A stretch of 64,000 nucleotides of DNA. Source: an uncultured Acidimicrobiia bacterium. GTDB taxonomy: Bacteria; Actinomycetota; Acidimicrobiia; Acidimicrobiales; AC-14. The notes below the pieces were generated by a model, which was not told the origin of the DNA, ran no database searches, and was given only the letters and a program-made list of their open reading frames with translations. Location of the stretch: NCBI GenBank assembly GCA_963836205.1, contig CAWIIV010000006.1:544001-608000 (forward strand), read 5' to 3'. Of the stretch, positions 52,290-63,400 are shown in pieces (the stretch's first letter is position 1; each line of letters opens with the position of its first letter). The position numbers were made by a program, and so were the translations under genes.

Positions 52290-52326
52290 TGTGCAGTTAT
52301 GTGGGCTCTACCGACCTAACTGCACA
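52290..52326. repeat. REP-like palindrome in the divergent GT4/wzm intergenic region
   Basis: tgtgcagtta (52290-52299) and taactgcaca (52317-52326) form perfect arms. Confidence 0.7.
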
Positions 52327-52473
52327 ACAACCACCAGGGTCGGGGTTGGCGGACCAGGCGGGGGCGGGCGGCGGGCTCGTGGCGATGAACCGCGAGCCCT
52401 GGGGGGTATCCTGGGCGGCCGACGATGCGTCACATTCACCCTACGACGACGCCTGCCGGGAGAGCGTAGGTAC

Positions 52474-53380
52474 ATGCGGGTGCTCGAAGAAGAGGTCGTG
52501 GCGACGCCCACGGGGAGAGGCAAGCCCCGGAAGCCACGCCTCTGGGCGGCCACCGTCGGCAGCGTCCGGGAGATGGCGGACGCCCGCAACCTGCTGGCCA
52601 ACCTGACCCTGCGCGAGCTCCGGGGCAAGTACAAGCGGTCGCTGCTCGGATGGGCGTGGTCGCTGGTGAACCCGTTGGCCACCATGGCCATCTTCGCGGT
52701 CGTCTTCGGGGTCTTCCTCAAGGTCGACGTGCCGCCCGGCGACCCCAGCGGCCTCGACGTCTTCGCCCTCTTCCTCCTGTGCGGGATCCTGCCGTGGAAC
52801 CTGGTGGCCAACGGCATGACCGGCTCCATGGGCACGATCCTGGCCAACTCCAACCTGATCAAGAAGGTCTACTTCCCCCGCCAGGTCCTTGTTGCGGCCA
52901 ACGTGGCCTCGTCGGTGGTCGCCTTCCTCATCGAGATGGCGGTGCTGGCCGTCGTCCTGCTCATCGCCGGCAACTTCGTGGTCCCCTGGCTGTTGCCGGT
53001 GGTCGCCCTGATGGCGGTGCAGGCGGTGTTCGTCCTCGGCATCGGCCTCGCCCTGGGCGTGCTCAACGTCTACTTCCGCGACGTCCAGCACTTCACCAGC
53101 ATCCTGCTCCAGATCTGGTTCTACGCCACCCCCGTCGTCTACCCGGTGTCGTTCGTCCCCCGCAACGCCCATCTTCTGGGCCTCACCATCCCGGTGCGGA
53201 CCATCTACGACCTCAACCCGATGGTCCGCTTCGTGGAGGTCTACCGCGACCTCCTCTACGACGTCCGGGCGCCGGCGGCGGGCGACCTCCTCTACCTCCT
53301 CGTCGTCTCCGTCGATCACCCTCGTCGTCGGGCTGATGGTGTTCGCCCGCCTCGAGCCCAAGCTGGCGGAGGAGCTGTGA
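52474..53380 (+). CDS. wzm: Polysaccharide ABC transporter permease, apparent +1 frameshift near 53313
   Basis: KYKRSLLGWAWSLVNP, LIKKVYFP, FRDVQH, FYATPVVY and NPM motifs. The corrected end reads FARLEPKLAEEL*. Confidence 0.9.
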
Positions 53381-54595
53381 CCGAGGCGCCGCCGGCGGTC
53401 GTGGTCGACCACGTCACCAAGCGCTTCCGCCTCTACCACGAGCGCAACCAGCACCTGAAGAGCACGCTCCTACGCGGCCGGCGGGCCCGGTACGAGGAGT
53501 TCTTCGCCCTCCGCGACGTCGACCTCACCGTCCCCGAGGGCTCCACCTTCGGCCTCATCGGCGAGAACGGGTCGGGCAAGAGCACGCTCCTCAAGTGCAT
53601 GGCCCGCATCCTGCGCCCGGACGAGGGCCAGATCGAGGTCAAGGGCAAGGTGTCGGCCCTGCTCGAGTTGGGCGCCGGCTTCCACCCCGAGCTGTCGGGA
53701 CGGGAGAACGTGCAGCTCAACGGCTCGATCCTCGGCCTGGGCAAGAAGCAGATCGCGGCCAAGTTCGACGAGATCGTGGAGTTCGCCGGCCTGGAGCGGT
53801 TCATCGACACACCGGTGAAGAACTACTCGTCGGGCATGTACGTGCGGCTGGGCTTCTCGGTGGCCATCAACGTCGACCCCGACGTGCTCCTCGTCGACGA
53901 GGTCCTGGCCGTGGGCGACGAGAGCTTCCAGCGCAAGTGCAACGAGAAGTTCGCCGAGCTCAAGGCGGCCAAGAAGACGGTGGTGGTCGTGTCCCACGGG
54001 CTGTCGTCGATCCGCAGCCTGTGCGACCAGGTCGCCTGGCTCAAGGGTGGCGACCCTGCACGCCTGCGGCCCGGCCGGCGACGTGGTCGACCAGTACATC
54101 GACGAGGTCCACCCCGACCGCCAGCAGGTGGCCGGCTCCGGCACGAGGTGGGGGTCGGGCGAGGCCCGGGTCGACCGCATCGAGCTCATCGACGGTGCCG
54201 GCTCGCCCACGGGCAAGGTCCGCACCGGCGACCAGGTCACGTTCCGCTTCCACTACGTGATGAGCGAGCCCATCCCCCGGCCCGTCTTCGGGATGTCGAT
54301 CCACACCCTCGACGGCCAGCACGTCACCGGCCCCAACACCCGGGAGGCGGGCTGCGTCCCCGAGCGGCTGGAGGGGGAGGGCCACGTCGACCTGGTGGTG
54401 CCCGTCCTCATGCTCCTGCCCGGCACCTACGACGTGTCCACCGCCATCACCGACTACGCCACGCTCCACCAGTTCGACTTCCGCCACCGCACGTTCCGCT
54501 TCGACGTGGAGGCGGGCCAGCCCAAGGAGTCCTACGGCGGGGTCATGTCGCTCGGCGGGCTGTGGCAGATTCATGCCTTGGACGGAGGACTGTGA
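53377..54595 (+). CDS. wzt: Polysaccharide ABC transporter ATPase with a C-terminal Wzt_C domain, apparent +1 frameshift near 54052
   Basis: GENGSGKST, YSSGM, VDEVLAVGD and VSH motifs. Continues in ORF 54047..54595 (RWGSGEARV...LLPGTY). Confidence 0.9.
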
Positions 54596-57036
54596 ACGCC
54601 AACCAACTCCACCCGGACAGGGTCTCGGTGGTCATCCTCCACGAGGGCGCCATCGCCGACACCATGGCCGGGCTCCACGCGGTGGCCGAGCTCGACTTCG
54701 ACGCCGACCGGGTGGAAGTCGTCCTGGTCGACGTGGGCACCCTCGGCGGCGCCGAAGGCCGGTTGCGGGAGTCGGCACCGGGCGCCGTCGTGGTGTCCCT
54801 GAAGTCCGACCCCGGGCGGGCGGAGGCCCTCAACCGGGCCGTCAAGGCGTGCACCGGAACCTCCGTCGCCTTCCTGGGGGCGGGCCACGTCCCCGACCGG
54901 CAGTGGCTCCGGGCGTCGCTCGACATCCTCGACCGCGACCACTCCGTCGCCTGCGTGGCCACCCGGGTGGAACGGGCCGGGGCCGGGGCCGGGGCCGGCG
55001 GGGCCTGGCCGCCCGCCGTGAACTTCCTCGGCCTCCCGGTGCCGGCCGAGATGGGGTCGACGGCTGCCTCCGGGGCGACCGTGCAGGACGTGCTCTACGC
55101 CCCGGTCGAGGCCATGGTCATCCGGGCCGACGTCTTCGACGCCATCGGCGGCTTCGACGCCCGTTACGAGCGGGGCCTGGAGGACGTCGACCTCGGGTGG
55201 CGGCTGTGGCTGCTCGGCCACCGGGTGGTCGCCGCGCCCGACGTGGCCGTCACCGGACCCCGCCTCGAGCCGGCCCCGCCCTCGGTGCGGGAGCAGTTCC
55301 TCCGGGAGCGCAACGCCCTCTTCACCATCTACAAGAACTACGACGACGCCAGCCTGGCCGCGGCCATGCCCGCCGCCCTCGCCCTCGGCGTCCGGCGGGG
55401 CGTCGTGCTCGGCGGCGACCAGCCCGGGCCGGCCACGACCGCGTCGCCCCAACTGGTGGCGTCGGCCCACGCCATCGACGCCTTCGTCGGCAGCCTGCAC
55501 GAGCTGGCGCCGGTGCGGAAAGCGCTCCAGGCCAACCGCCAGCGCACCGACCAGGAGATGATCCGACTCCTGCGCCTTCCCCTCGGGGCGGACCTCGACG
55601 ACCCCCGCTACCGGGTCGCCTTCGCCGAGGCCACCGCGTCCCTGGGCGTGCACGAGCGGTTCGGCAGCCGCCGCCGCATCGTGGTCGCCACCTGCGACAC
55701 GCTCACCCCAGCCATGGCCGGCCCCGCCATCCGGGCCTGGCAGATCGCGTCCGCCCTGTCGCTGGAGCACGAGGTGGAGCTGGTCACCACCTCGACCGCC
55801 ACCGTCACCCATCCCCGGTTCAAGGTGCGCTCGGTGAACGACCACGACCTGCGGGAGCTGGAGGAGTGGTGCGACGTCCTCCTCTTCCAGGGGTGGTTCC
55901 TCACCGGCCGGCCCTTCCTGCTCAAGTCCACCAAGGTCGTGGTGGCCGACATCTACGACCCCCTCCACCTGGAGCAGCTGGAGCAGGCCCGCGACGAGGG
56001 TGAGAAGCGGCGGGTGGAGCTGGTGTCGGAGGCGGTCGGGGTCCTCAACGAGCAGCTCATCCGGGGCGACTTCTTCCTGTGCGCCAGCGAGAAGCAGCGG
56101 GACTTCTGGCTGGGCCAGATGTCGGCCCTGGGCCGGGTCAACCCCCTCACCTACGACGAGGACGGCACCATGCGGTCGCTGATCGCGGTGGTTCCCTTCG
56201 GCATCTCCGACGCCCCGCCGGTGCACAGCCGCCCCGCGCTCAAGGGTGTCGTGCCTGGCATCGGCCTCGACGACAAGGTCATCCTCTGGGGCGGCGGCAT
56301 CTACAACTGGTTCGACCCCCTCACCCTGCTGCACGCGGTCGACCGCCTGCGCCGGCGGGTACCCAACGTGCGCCTGTTCTTCATGGGCCTCAAGCACCCC
56401 AACCCCGACATCCCCGAGATGCGGATGGCGGTGGCGGCCCGGGCCCTGTCCGACCAGCTCGGCCTCACCGGCACCCACGTGTTCTTCAACGAGGGATGGG
56501 TGGAGTACGAGGACCGGCAGAACTACCTGCTGGAGTCCGACATGGGGGTCAGCACCCACATCGACCACCTCGAGACGGCGATGTCGTTCCGCACCCGCAT
56601 CCTCGACTACCTGTGGGCGTCGATCCCGGTGGTGTGCACCGCCGGCGACTCGCTGGCCGACCTGGTGGAGTCGAGCGGGCTGGGGCTGACAGTCCCGTCG
56701 GGAGACGTGGAGGCGCTGGAGGCGGCCCTGTTCCGCATCCTCGACGACGAGGGCTTCCGCAAGGGATGCGTCGAGAACGTGGCCCAGGTGGTGCCCGGGC
56801 TGGTGTGGTCGCAGGGGCTGCGGCCGCTGGTGGAGTTCTGCCGGGCCCCCCGGCGGGCGCCCGACCTCCTCGACCACGACGCGGCCCACCACATGCGCCA
56901 CGACCTCGCCCCCGGCCGCAAGACCCTCGCCGGGTGGCGGCACGACCTGCGGACCGGCATCGACTACCTCCAGTGGGGCGGTCCCCGCCTGGTGGCGAAG
57001 AAGGTCCTGGGCCGAGTCCGCCGGCTTCTGTCCTGA
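54592..57036 (+). CDS. Fused GT2 + GT4-like glycosyltransferase
   Basis: GGAGG RBS and a GTG overlapping the wzt stop. GGFD...EDVDLGWR, then MAGPAIRAW, WGGGIYNWFDP and SFRTRILDYLW. Confidence 0.88.
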   Translation: MNANQLHPDRVSVVILHEGAIADTMAGLHAVAELDFDADRVEVVLVDVGTLGGAEGRLRESAPGAVVVSLKSDPGRAEALNRAVKACTGTSVAFLGAGHVPDRQWLRASLDILDRDHSVACVATRVERAGAGAGAGGAWPPAVNFLGLPVPAEMGSTAASGATVQDVLYAPVEAMVIRADVFDAIGGFDARYERGLEDVDLGWRLWLLGHRVVAAPDVAVTGPRLEPAPPSVREQFLRERNALFTIYKNYDDASLAAAMPAALALGVRRGVVLGGDQPGPATTASPQLVASAHAIDAFVGSLHELAPVRKALQANRQRTDQEMIRLLRLPLGADLDDPRYRVAFAEATASLGVHERFGSRRRIVVATCDTLTPAMAGPAIRAWQIASALSLEHEVELVTTSTATVTHPRFKVRSVNDHDLRELEEWCDVLLFQGWFLTGRPFLLKSTKVVVADIYDPLHLEQLEQARDEGEKRRVELVSEAVGVLNEQLIRGDFFLCASEKQRDFWLGQMSALGRVNPLTYDEDGTMRSLIAVVPFGISDAPPVHSRPALKGVVPGIGLDDKVILWGGGIYNWFDPLTLLHAVDRLRRRVPNVRLFFMGLKHPNPDIPEMRMAVAARALSDQLGLTGTHVFFNEGWVEYEDRQNYLLESDMGVSTHIDHLETAMSFRTRILDYLWASIPVVCTAGDSLADLVESSGLGLTVPSGDVEALEAALFRILDDEGFRKGCVENVAQVVPGLVWSQGLRPLVEFCRAPRRAPDLLDHDAAHHMRHDLAPGRKTLAGWRHDLRTGIDYLQWGGPRLVAKKVLGRVRRLLS

Positions 57037-57053
57037 CCATCGCCCGGCGGCCG

Positions 57054-58562
57054 GTGGGCGCGGCCGTGGGGCCGGCGCTGGTCCTGCTCGCCGCCGCCGT
57101 AGTGTTGGCGGGCTGGGTCTTCACCAACCCCGTGGGCGGCTCGCCCGACGAGCTCAACCACGTGCTGCGGGCGGAGGCCGTGGGGCGGGGCGACCTGGCG
57201 GGTCGGCCCAACCCCGAGCTGGAGGCGCACGGCGCCGACGAACGGGTGGTCAAGTCGTGCTGCGAGACCGACAACCCGGCCCGCCTGCGGTGGGTCCGGC
57301 GGGGGGCCCGCATGGTGAAGGTCCCCGCCGCCCTCGACTTCGGGGCGTGCTTCGACGAGAGCGCCGGGTACGTCGCCCGGTGCGTGGCCGACGGGCGGGG
57401 GCCGGTGCCGGCCGAGCGGCTGACGACCATGGGGACCTTGGAGCCGGTGCCCTACCTGGTTCCGGGCGTGGCGACCCGGTTCGCCGACACTCCCGTGGCT
57501 GCCGTCCGGTGGGCGCGGGCGGCCAACGCCCTGGTGACGCTCGTGCTGCTGGCGCTGGCCGCCTGGGTCCTGCGGTCACCGGGGGGGCCGCTGGCCTGGC
57601 TGGGGCTGCTGGCCGCGGTGAGCCCCATGGTGCTGTTCGTGGGGGCGTCGCCCGCTCCCAGCGCGCTGGAGGTGAGCGGCGGCATCTGCTTCGCCGCCGG
57701 CCTGATCCGGCTGGCCCGGGCGCCCGACCAGGCGGCGACGGCATCGGTGTGGGCGACCCTGGCCGTGGGCGGGATGGCGCTGGCGGCCAGCCGGTCGCTG
57801 GGCCCGGTGTGGGTCGTCTTCGACGTGGCCGCGGTGACCGCCCTGGTCGGGCCCGGCCGGTTTTGGCGCACGGCCCGCGCCGGCGGGGCTTGGGCAGTGG
57901 GGGCGGTGGTGGCGGTGGTGGCCGCCGGAGCCGCGACCGCGGGGTGGGAGCTGACCCACCAGCCGGGCGTCCCCTTCGACGGGGGGTTCTTCCTCAACCA
58001 GCTCGGTCCGTCGATCGCCGACCTGCCCCGGGTGCAGCAGGAGCTGGTGGGCGTGTTCGGATCGGTCGACGTCCCCCTGCCCGGCCCCGCCCGGTGGGCG
58101 TGGACGGCGATGCTGCTGGGCCTGGTCGTGACCGCGTTCACGCTCGGCAGCCGGCGGCAGCGCACCGTGCTGGCCGCGGCCGCAGTGGGGGTGGTCGTCG
58201 TCACCGTGCTCGTGTCGTCGGCCTTCCTCCGCCAGAACGGCTTCCAGGTCCAGGGCCGCCACGTGCTCGCCTTCGCCGTGCTCCTCCCCCTGCTGGCGGG
58301 CGAGGTCGTCCACACCCGACGTCGCCGCCTGCCCCGCCGGCTGTCCTCGGAGGTCCTCATAGGCGGGGCGGTCGCGCTGGCCGTTGTGATCCACCTGGTC
58401 GGGCTCGACGCCAGCCTCCGCCACTTCACGGGACCCGACCACGCCCCGGCGGTGCTCCTCGTCCCCTGGTGGATCGAGGTTCTCGCCGGCGCGGCCATCG
58501 GCGGGGCGTGGCTTTGGCGGAGACAGATGAGTTCGCGACCGGCTATTCGTCGAAGCCCGTGA
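57054..58562 (+). CDS. DUF2142-like polytopic membrane protein (GT-C fold)
   Basis: SPDELNH and QGRH motifs, with about 10 hydrophobic segments. The start is uncertain. Confidence 0.75.
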   Translation: MGAAVGPALVLLAAAVVLAGWVFTNPVGGSPDELNHVLRAEAVGRGDLAGRPNPELEAHGADERVVKSCCETDNPARLRWVRRGARMVKVPAALDFGACFDESAGYVARCVADGRGPVPAERLTTMGTLEPVPYLVPGVATRFADTPVAAVRWARAANALVTLVLLALAAWVLRSPGGPLAWLGLLAAVSPMVLFVGASPAPSALEVSGGICFAAGLIRLARAPDQAATASVWATLAVGGMALAASRSLGPVWVVFDVAAVTALVGPGRFWRTARAGGAWAVGAVVAVVAAGAATAGWELTHQPGVPFDGGFFLNQLGPSIADLPRVQQELVGVFGSVDVPLPGPARWAWTAMLLGLVVTAFTLGSRRQRTVLAAAAVGVVVVTVLVSSAFLRQNGFQVQGRHVLAFAVLLPLLAGEVVHTRRRRLPRRLSSEVLIGGAVALAVVIHLVGLDASLRHFTGPDHAPAVLLVPWWIEVLAGAAIGGAWLWRRQMSSRPAIRRSP

Positions 58563-58594
58563 CATCGTTCGTGGAGCGCGACCAAGGAGCCACC

Positions 58595-59419
58595 ATGCCG
58601 ACACGAGACACCGCCCCCATCGGAGCGCCCTGCTGGGTCGACCTGATGACGTCCGACCAGGAGCGGGCCCGCGACTTCTACGGCCAGGTCTTCGGCTGGA
58701 CCGCCTCCGAGTCGTCCGAGGAGTTCGGCGGCTACTTCTCGTTCAGCAAGGAGGGGGCTTTGGTCGCCGGCGGCATGCCCCAGCAGCCGGGCTCGGAGCA
58801 GCCCGACGTGTGGTCGATCTACCTGGCCACCGACGACGCGGCCAAGACCGTCGAGACGGCCACCGCCAACGGCGGGCAGGTCCAGGTCGACGTCATGGTC
58901 ATCGCCGACCAGGGCACGATGGCCTACGTCATCGACCCGGGCGGGGCCATGATCGGGATCTGGCAGCCCGACGTCCACAAGGGATTCGGCATCCACGGCG
59001 AGCCGGGGACGCCGAGCTGGTTCGAGCTGCACACCCGCGACTTCGACGCTTCCGTCGCCTTCTACCGCACCGTGTTCCGCGACGAGATCCAAGTCGGCAG
59101 CGACACCCCCGAGTTCCGCTACACGATGCTCGCCGACGGCGAGACGGGGCTGGCCGGGATCATGGACGCCTCCGGCTTCCTCCCCGAGGGGGTTCCCGCC
59201 CATTGGTCGGTGTACTTCGGGGTCGACGACGTCGACGCCTCCCTGGCCAAGATCGTCGAACTGGGCGGCTCGATCGTGCAGCCGGCGGAGGACACGCCCT
59301 ACGGCCGCCTCGCGTCCGCCACCGACCCAATGGGCGCCCAGTTCAAGCTCGTCGGCCCCAACGCGGCCCCGCCGGCCGACGCCGACGCCGGCGCCGGAGC
59401 CGACGCCTCGTCCGCCTAG
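58595..59419 (+). CDS. VOC/glyoxalase family protein (Rv0577/Cfp30B-like, two domains)
   Basis: GAPCWVDL, WSIYLATDD, PSWFEL, WSVYFGVDD and DTPYGR motifs. AAGGAG RBS. Confidence 0.92.
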   Translation: MPTRDTAPIGAPCWVDLMTSDQERARDFYGQVFGWTASESSEEFGGYFSFSKEGALVAGGMPQQPGSEQPDVWSIYLATDDAAKTVETATANGGQVQVDVMVIADQGTMAYVIDPGGAMIGIWQPDVHKGFGIHGEPGTPSWFELHTRDFDASVAFYRTVFRDEIQVGSDTPEFRYTMLADGETGLAGIMDASGFLPEGVPAHWSVYFGVDDVDASLAKIVELGGSIVQPAEDTPYGRLASATDPMGAQFKLVGPNAAPPADADAGAGADASSA

Positions 59420-60273
59420 TCGCTCCGCACCACTGACCCGCCGGTGGATCCCGTCGTCGGGGTCCGCCGGCGGGCCACGCCCACGCCCTTGAAGAAGTTG
59501 TAGACGAACACCCCGTCCGCCTCGGTCGTGCGGTGGAGGGCGCGGATGCCGGCGTCGAACCGGTCGGCCTCGATCAGACCGGCCTCGATGGCGGGCCGGC
59601 GGATGCCCTCGACCATGGCGGTGAAGGTCTTGCGGGTGAAGCCGTCGACCAGGTCGGGCCGGTTGGCGTCGATGTAGACCATCAGCGGCCGGACCCGCAC
59701 GTCGCCGAAACCGGCGTCCGCCAGGAGCGGATAGAGCCGGCGCCCGATCAGGCCGTCGCCGCCCGCCGCCCGTTGGAGGGTGACCAGGCAGTCGATCGCC
59801 TCGTAGGCCGAGGGGTCGTCGGGATGGAAGTACGTCGAGCCGTGGTCGCCCTCGACCACGGTGATCGTGCCTCCCGGCCGGAGCAGCCGGCTGAGCACCG
59901 CCAACGCCTCCGCCGGCCGGGACAGGTGCTCGAGGACGAAGCAGACGAACACGTGGTCGAAGGACCCAGGAGAAAAGGGCAGGTCGTAGAGGTCGGCCTG
60001 CCGCAGCTCGACGTTGGTGAGCCCCAGCCGTTCGACCTTCGCCCTGGCCTCGGCGAGGGACTCGGGGGAGACGTCGACCGACACGAACCGGGCGTCGGGG
60101 CTGCGCCGGGCAAGGGTCACAGTCTGGGCGCCGACCCCGCAGCCCGCTTCGAGGACGAGGCTCCCGGCCGGATAGGCGGTGTCGGCGTGGAGCAGGTCGA
60201 CGAGCGTCCCCGCCTGGTCCTCCAACCGCTCGTGCTCCCGCCGGTCGTACCCGTGGACGTACATCTCGCTCAC
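59416..60273 (-). CDS. Class I SAM-dependent methyltransferase
   Basis: YVHGY, VLEAGCGVGAQT, FDHVFVCFVLEHL and LRPGG motifs. Confidence 0.9.
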   Translation of the reverse strand: MSEMYVHGYDRREHERLEDQAGTLVDLLHADTAYPAGSLVLEAGCGVGAQTVTLARRSPDARFVSVDVSPESLAEARAKVERLGLTNVELRQADLYDLPFSPGSFDHVFVCFVLEHLSRPAEALAVLSRLLRPGGTITVVEGDHGSTYFHPDDPSAYEAIDCLVTLQRAAGGDGLIGRRLYPLLADAGFGDVRVRPLMVYIDANRPDLVDGFTRKTFTAMVEGIRRPAIEAGLIEADRFDAGIRALHRTTEADGVFVYNFFKGVGVARRRTPTTGSTGGSVVRSD

Positions 60274-60485
60274 CGCCGCGGCCCGGTTGCGGGGTGGCCG
60301 GCGTCGTCCAGGGTCGAAAACATCCCCACGAGACTGGCATGCGGTCGCGAGCGACCGAGCGACCGGCCGGGGCGCCGATTTCGGCTCGGTGTATCAGCAG
60401 GGCACCTCACCGACTCTTTCACCCAAGAACGAAGTGCGGGATGTCCGGGAGTCGGGCAGTTCGACCGCACATGGGGGGTAACGGG

Positions 60486-63400
60486 ATGGCGGCAGTCCTC
60501 CTCGTCTGGCTGCGGTACACGCTGCTCGGCGGAGCGATGCTTTTGGGCTGGTTGCGGCGCGTCTTCTATTCCGGCTGGCGACGGCCATTGGCCTGGCTGG
60601 CCGTCGTCGCGGCCGGGATGTGGGTCCTCGTGAACCCGGGCCCAGTGGGCGGCGGGTGGTGGAAGATCGAGCCGGTGCTCGGCGTCTATGCCGTTCTCGT
60701 ATCGATCCGCTGGATCTGGAAGGCCAGGACCCGTCTCGTCATCGGCACCTTCATCGACTACCGGCTCGACAAGCCCACGCCTCTGCCGGGCCTCAGCGCC
60801 CTGCTGCAAGTGGAGCTCGGCCGCCTCTACGACCTGGTCAACCTCGTCGACCAGAATCGCGCCGTCCCCGACATCCTGCGCGGCCCGCAGAGCGTGTCCT
60901 TCGACGAGCAGCGCACCCTGGACGAGGCCGAGGACGATCCCAATCTCATCGTGGACGAACCCCTCGACGTCCCCGCCCCCATGATGGCGGAGGACCTCAC
61001 CGAAGTCCTCGACGCCGCCCTCAGCGTCGAGGCGACGATGCTGGTCGGGCGGGTGAAGATCCCCATCGGCGCCCTCGCCGGCCTCGTCGGCCGTCTGGCC
61101 CAGGGGCCTCGGCTCAGCGGTTCCCTGCACCGCACCGACCAGGGCCTCGTCCTCACCGCCCGAACGGTCGGCACCGCCCAGGCCCGGACCTGGCGGGTCG
61201 ACGGCGCACCGGCGACCGCCGGAGAGGGCGATCCCGAGGAGTGGCCCGAGGCACTTCTCGACGAGCTGGCGGTGCGCATCTTCACCGATCTCGCCCTCGA
61301 GGGATCGGTGAAGTGGCAGGCGACGTGGGCCTACGTCAAGGGCCTGCGCGCCTACCGGGGCTCCCTCCGCACGAGGAAGGACCGCCGGCTCGGCCTGGAG
61401 CGGGCCAAGGACCATTTCATCGAGACCATTGCCGAGGACGAGCGGTTCGACCTGGCCCACTACAACCTGGGCGTGGTGGCGACCGAGCTCAGCCAGAAAG
61501 AGGCGGCGGAGTCCGCGTTCCTGGCCGCCATCCGGTTGAACAACCAGCGGTGGGCCCCGTACTACGGCCTGGCCCAGCTGTATTTCGCCAACGATCGCCA
61601 CGACGAGGTGCTGCCCCTGTGCGGTCGCATCCTCCACCTCCGCCAGCACCGGGCGGAGGCGTACCACCTGCGAGCGCTCAGCAACCGCCGCAACCGAGAC
61701 CTGGACGCGGCCATGAAGGACAGGAATGCCGCCGCCCGCTGTTCGTGGCTCAGACTCTGCGGGGCCGTCGTCCAGGGCCGGGAGAGCGACGCCCGGAAGC
61801 TGGCCGCCACCAGCCTGCGGAACCTGGGCTGCCTCCGGGCCTACGACGCCAAGCGGAAGTGGCCGGCGCTCGAGGCTCCGGGGAACGAGGACAAGGAACG
61901 GAGGTCGCTACGACTCCGGCTGGGCTACCTGGCCGCGGCCAAGGAGCTGAAGCAGGGTCGCTTCGTCAACCCGTCCGACGCCGAGCTCCATTTCGAGCTG
62001 GGAAAGATCTACGCCGCCCGGAGGCAGTGGTTGCGGGCCGCCCGCCAGTTGGAGAAGGCGGTGGAGATCGATCCCGATCGGCCCCGCTTCTGGATTCAGT
62101 TGGCACGGGCCTACGCCGGACCCCGCTCCGATCGTCAGCGTCGACTGTGCCAGCGGCGGGCGTTGTTCGCCTCGGAACGGGCCCGGACCCAGCCGTCGTT
62201 GATCGTCGACCAGGGTTTCGAACGCCTGAAGAAGGTCTACACCCGGTTGGAATGTGACGAACACCTCAGCCAGGTACGAGAGCTGCAGGAGTTCGAGAAC
62301 GACCGCCGCACGTGGAACGGGACGGTCCCATCGAGCCCCGAACTGGAGAGGCGCCTGTCGGGGCTGAAGTCGGGGCCGGTGTGGGAGAGGACCCAGGTCT
62401 GCGTCCAGCTGGCGGAGCGCTACCTCGACGTGATCGACAAGAAGCGGGCCTCGCGCGTTGCCGATCTCCTGGCCGACAACCTCGAAGACCTGCGCCGCCA
62501 CCACCCGCGTGAGGTGAAGGAGAACCACATCTACGCCTTGGTTGCGGAAGCCCTCCACGCGGCCGACCGCGACACCGACGCGCTGCGCTATGGCGAAGCG
62601 GCTGTCTTCTACGACCCTCTGAGCGCCCGGGCGCGCAAGGCCCTGGCCGCGGTGTACGCAACTCTGGGGCACTTCGAGCAGGCCACCGACGCGTGGCGGG
62701 CCGCCCTTGTCTGCGACCCCGATGGCCCCGACACCAACCTCGCCCTGGGTGAGACCCTCATGCGCCACGCCCTCGGATCTCCGGAGTCGGACGCCCGCCG
62801 GGCGATGTTCACCGAGGCCACGACCTACCTGCGCAGTGCGCTCAAGCTCGCCGCCGTCTCAGGCATCTCGACCGGACCCCGGGACGGCGCGTCGAAGATG
62901 TCGGAGATCGAGGGCAGAGCGCGCTTCTGGCTCGGTCGGGCCGCCTTCGAGCTGGACGTCTACGAGCAGGCCGTCACCCATCTGCAGGTCTGCGTAACGC
63001 TCGACCACGAGCCCCTTCTGGCCCGTCTCCGGCTCGGAGTCGCCTACCTGCGCATGGGTCACGTGTGCGACGGAGAGCGCGTCCTGGCGGAGATCAAGAG
63101 CTACGCCGAAGCCATGGCGTCGTCACCGCAGAACGGATCGACCATCGTCGGGCCCCTCGGCGACAGGCTGACGGTCAGAGAGGTGCTGGCGTGGGCGAGG
63201 GTCTACCTGGCCGGTTCGCGCATCGAGCGGGATGTCGACCTGGAGGACGCGATCAAGGACATCCGGGAAGTCGCCGCGAAGGCCCGGTCAAAGTCCGACG
63301 GCGGCACTTCGCCGGGCCTGCTGGCGGCGTGCGCGGACAAGGAGGGGTGGGCCCGATTCCTGCTCAACGAGCACGAGCGCGCCGTCGAGAAGTTGCAGGA

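Noticed and set aside
52105-57036. 1643-aa Wzm-Wzt-GT mega-fusion ORF
   Set aside because: Two single-base indels remove natural stops. Each gene has its own overlapping GTGA start/stop, and the linkers are out-of-frame Arg/Pro-rich text.
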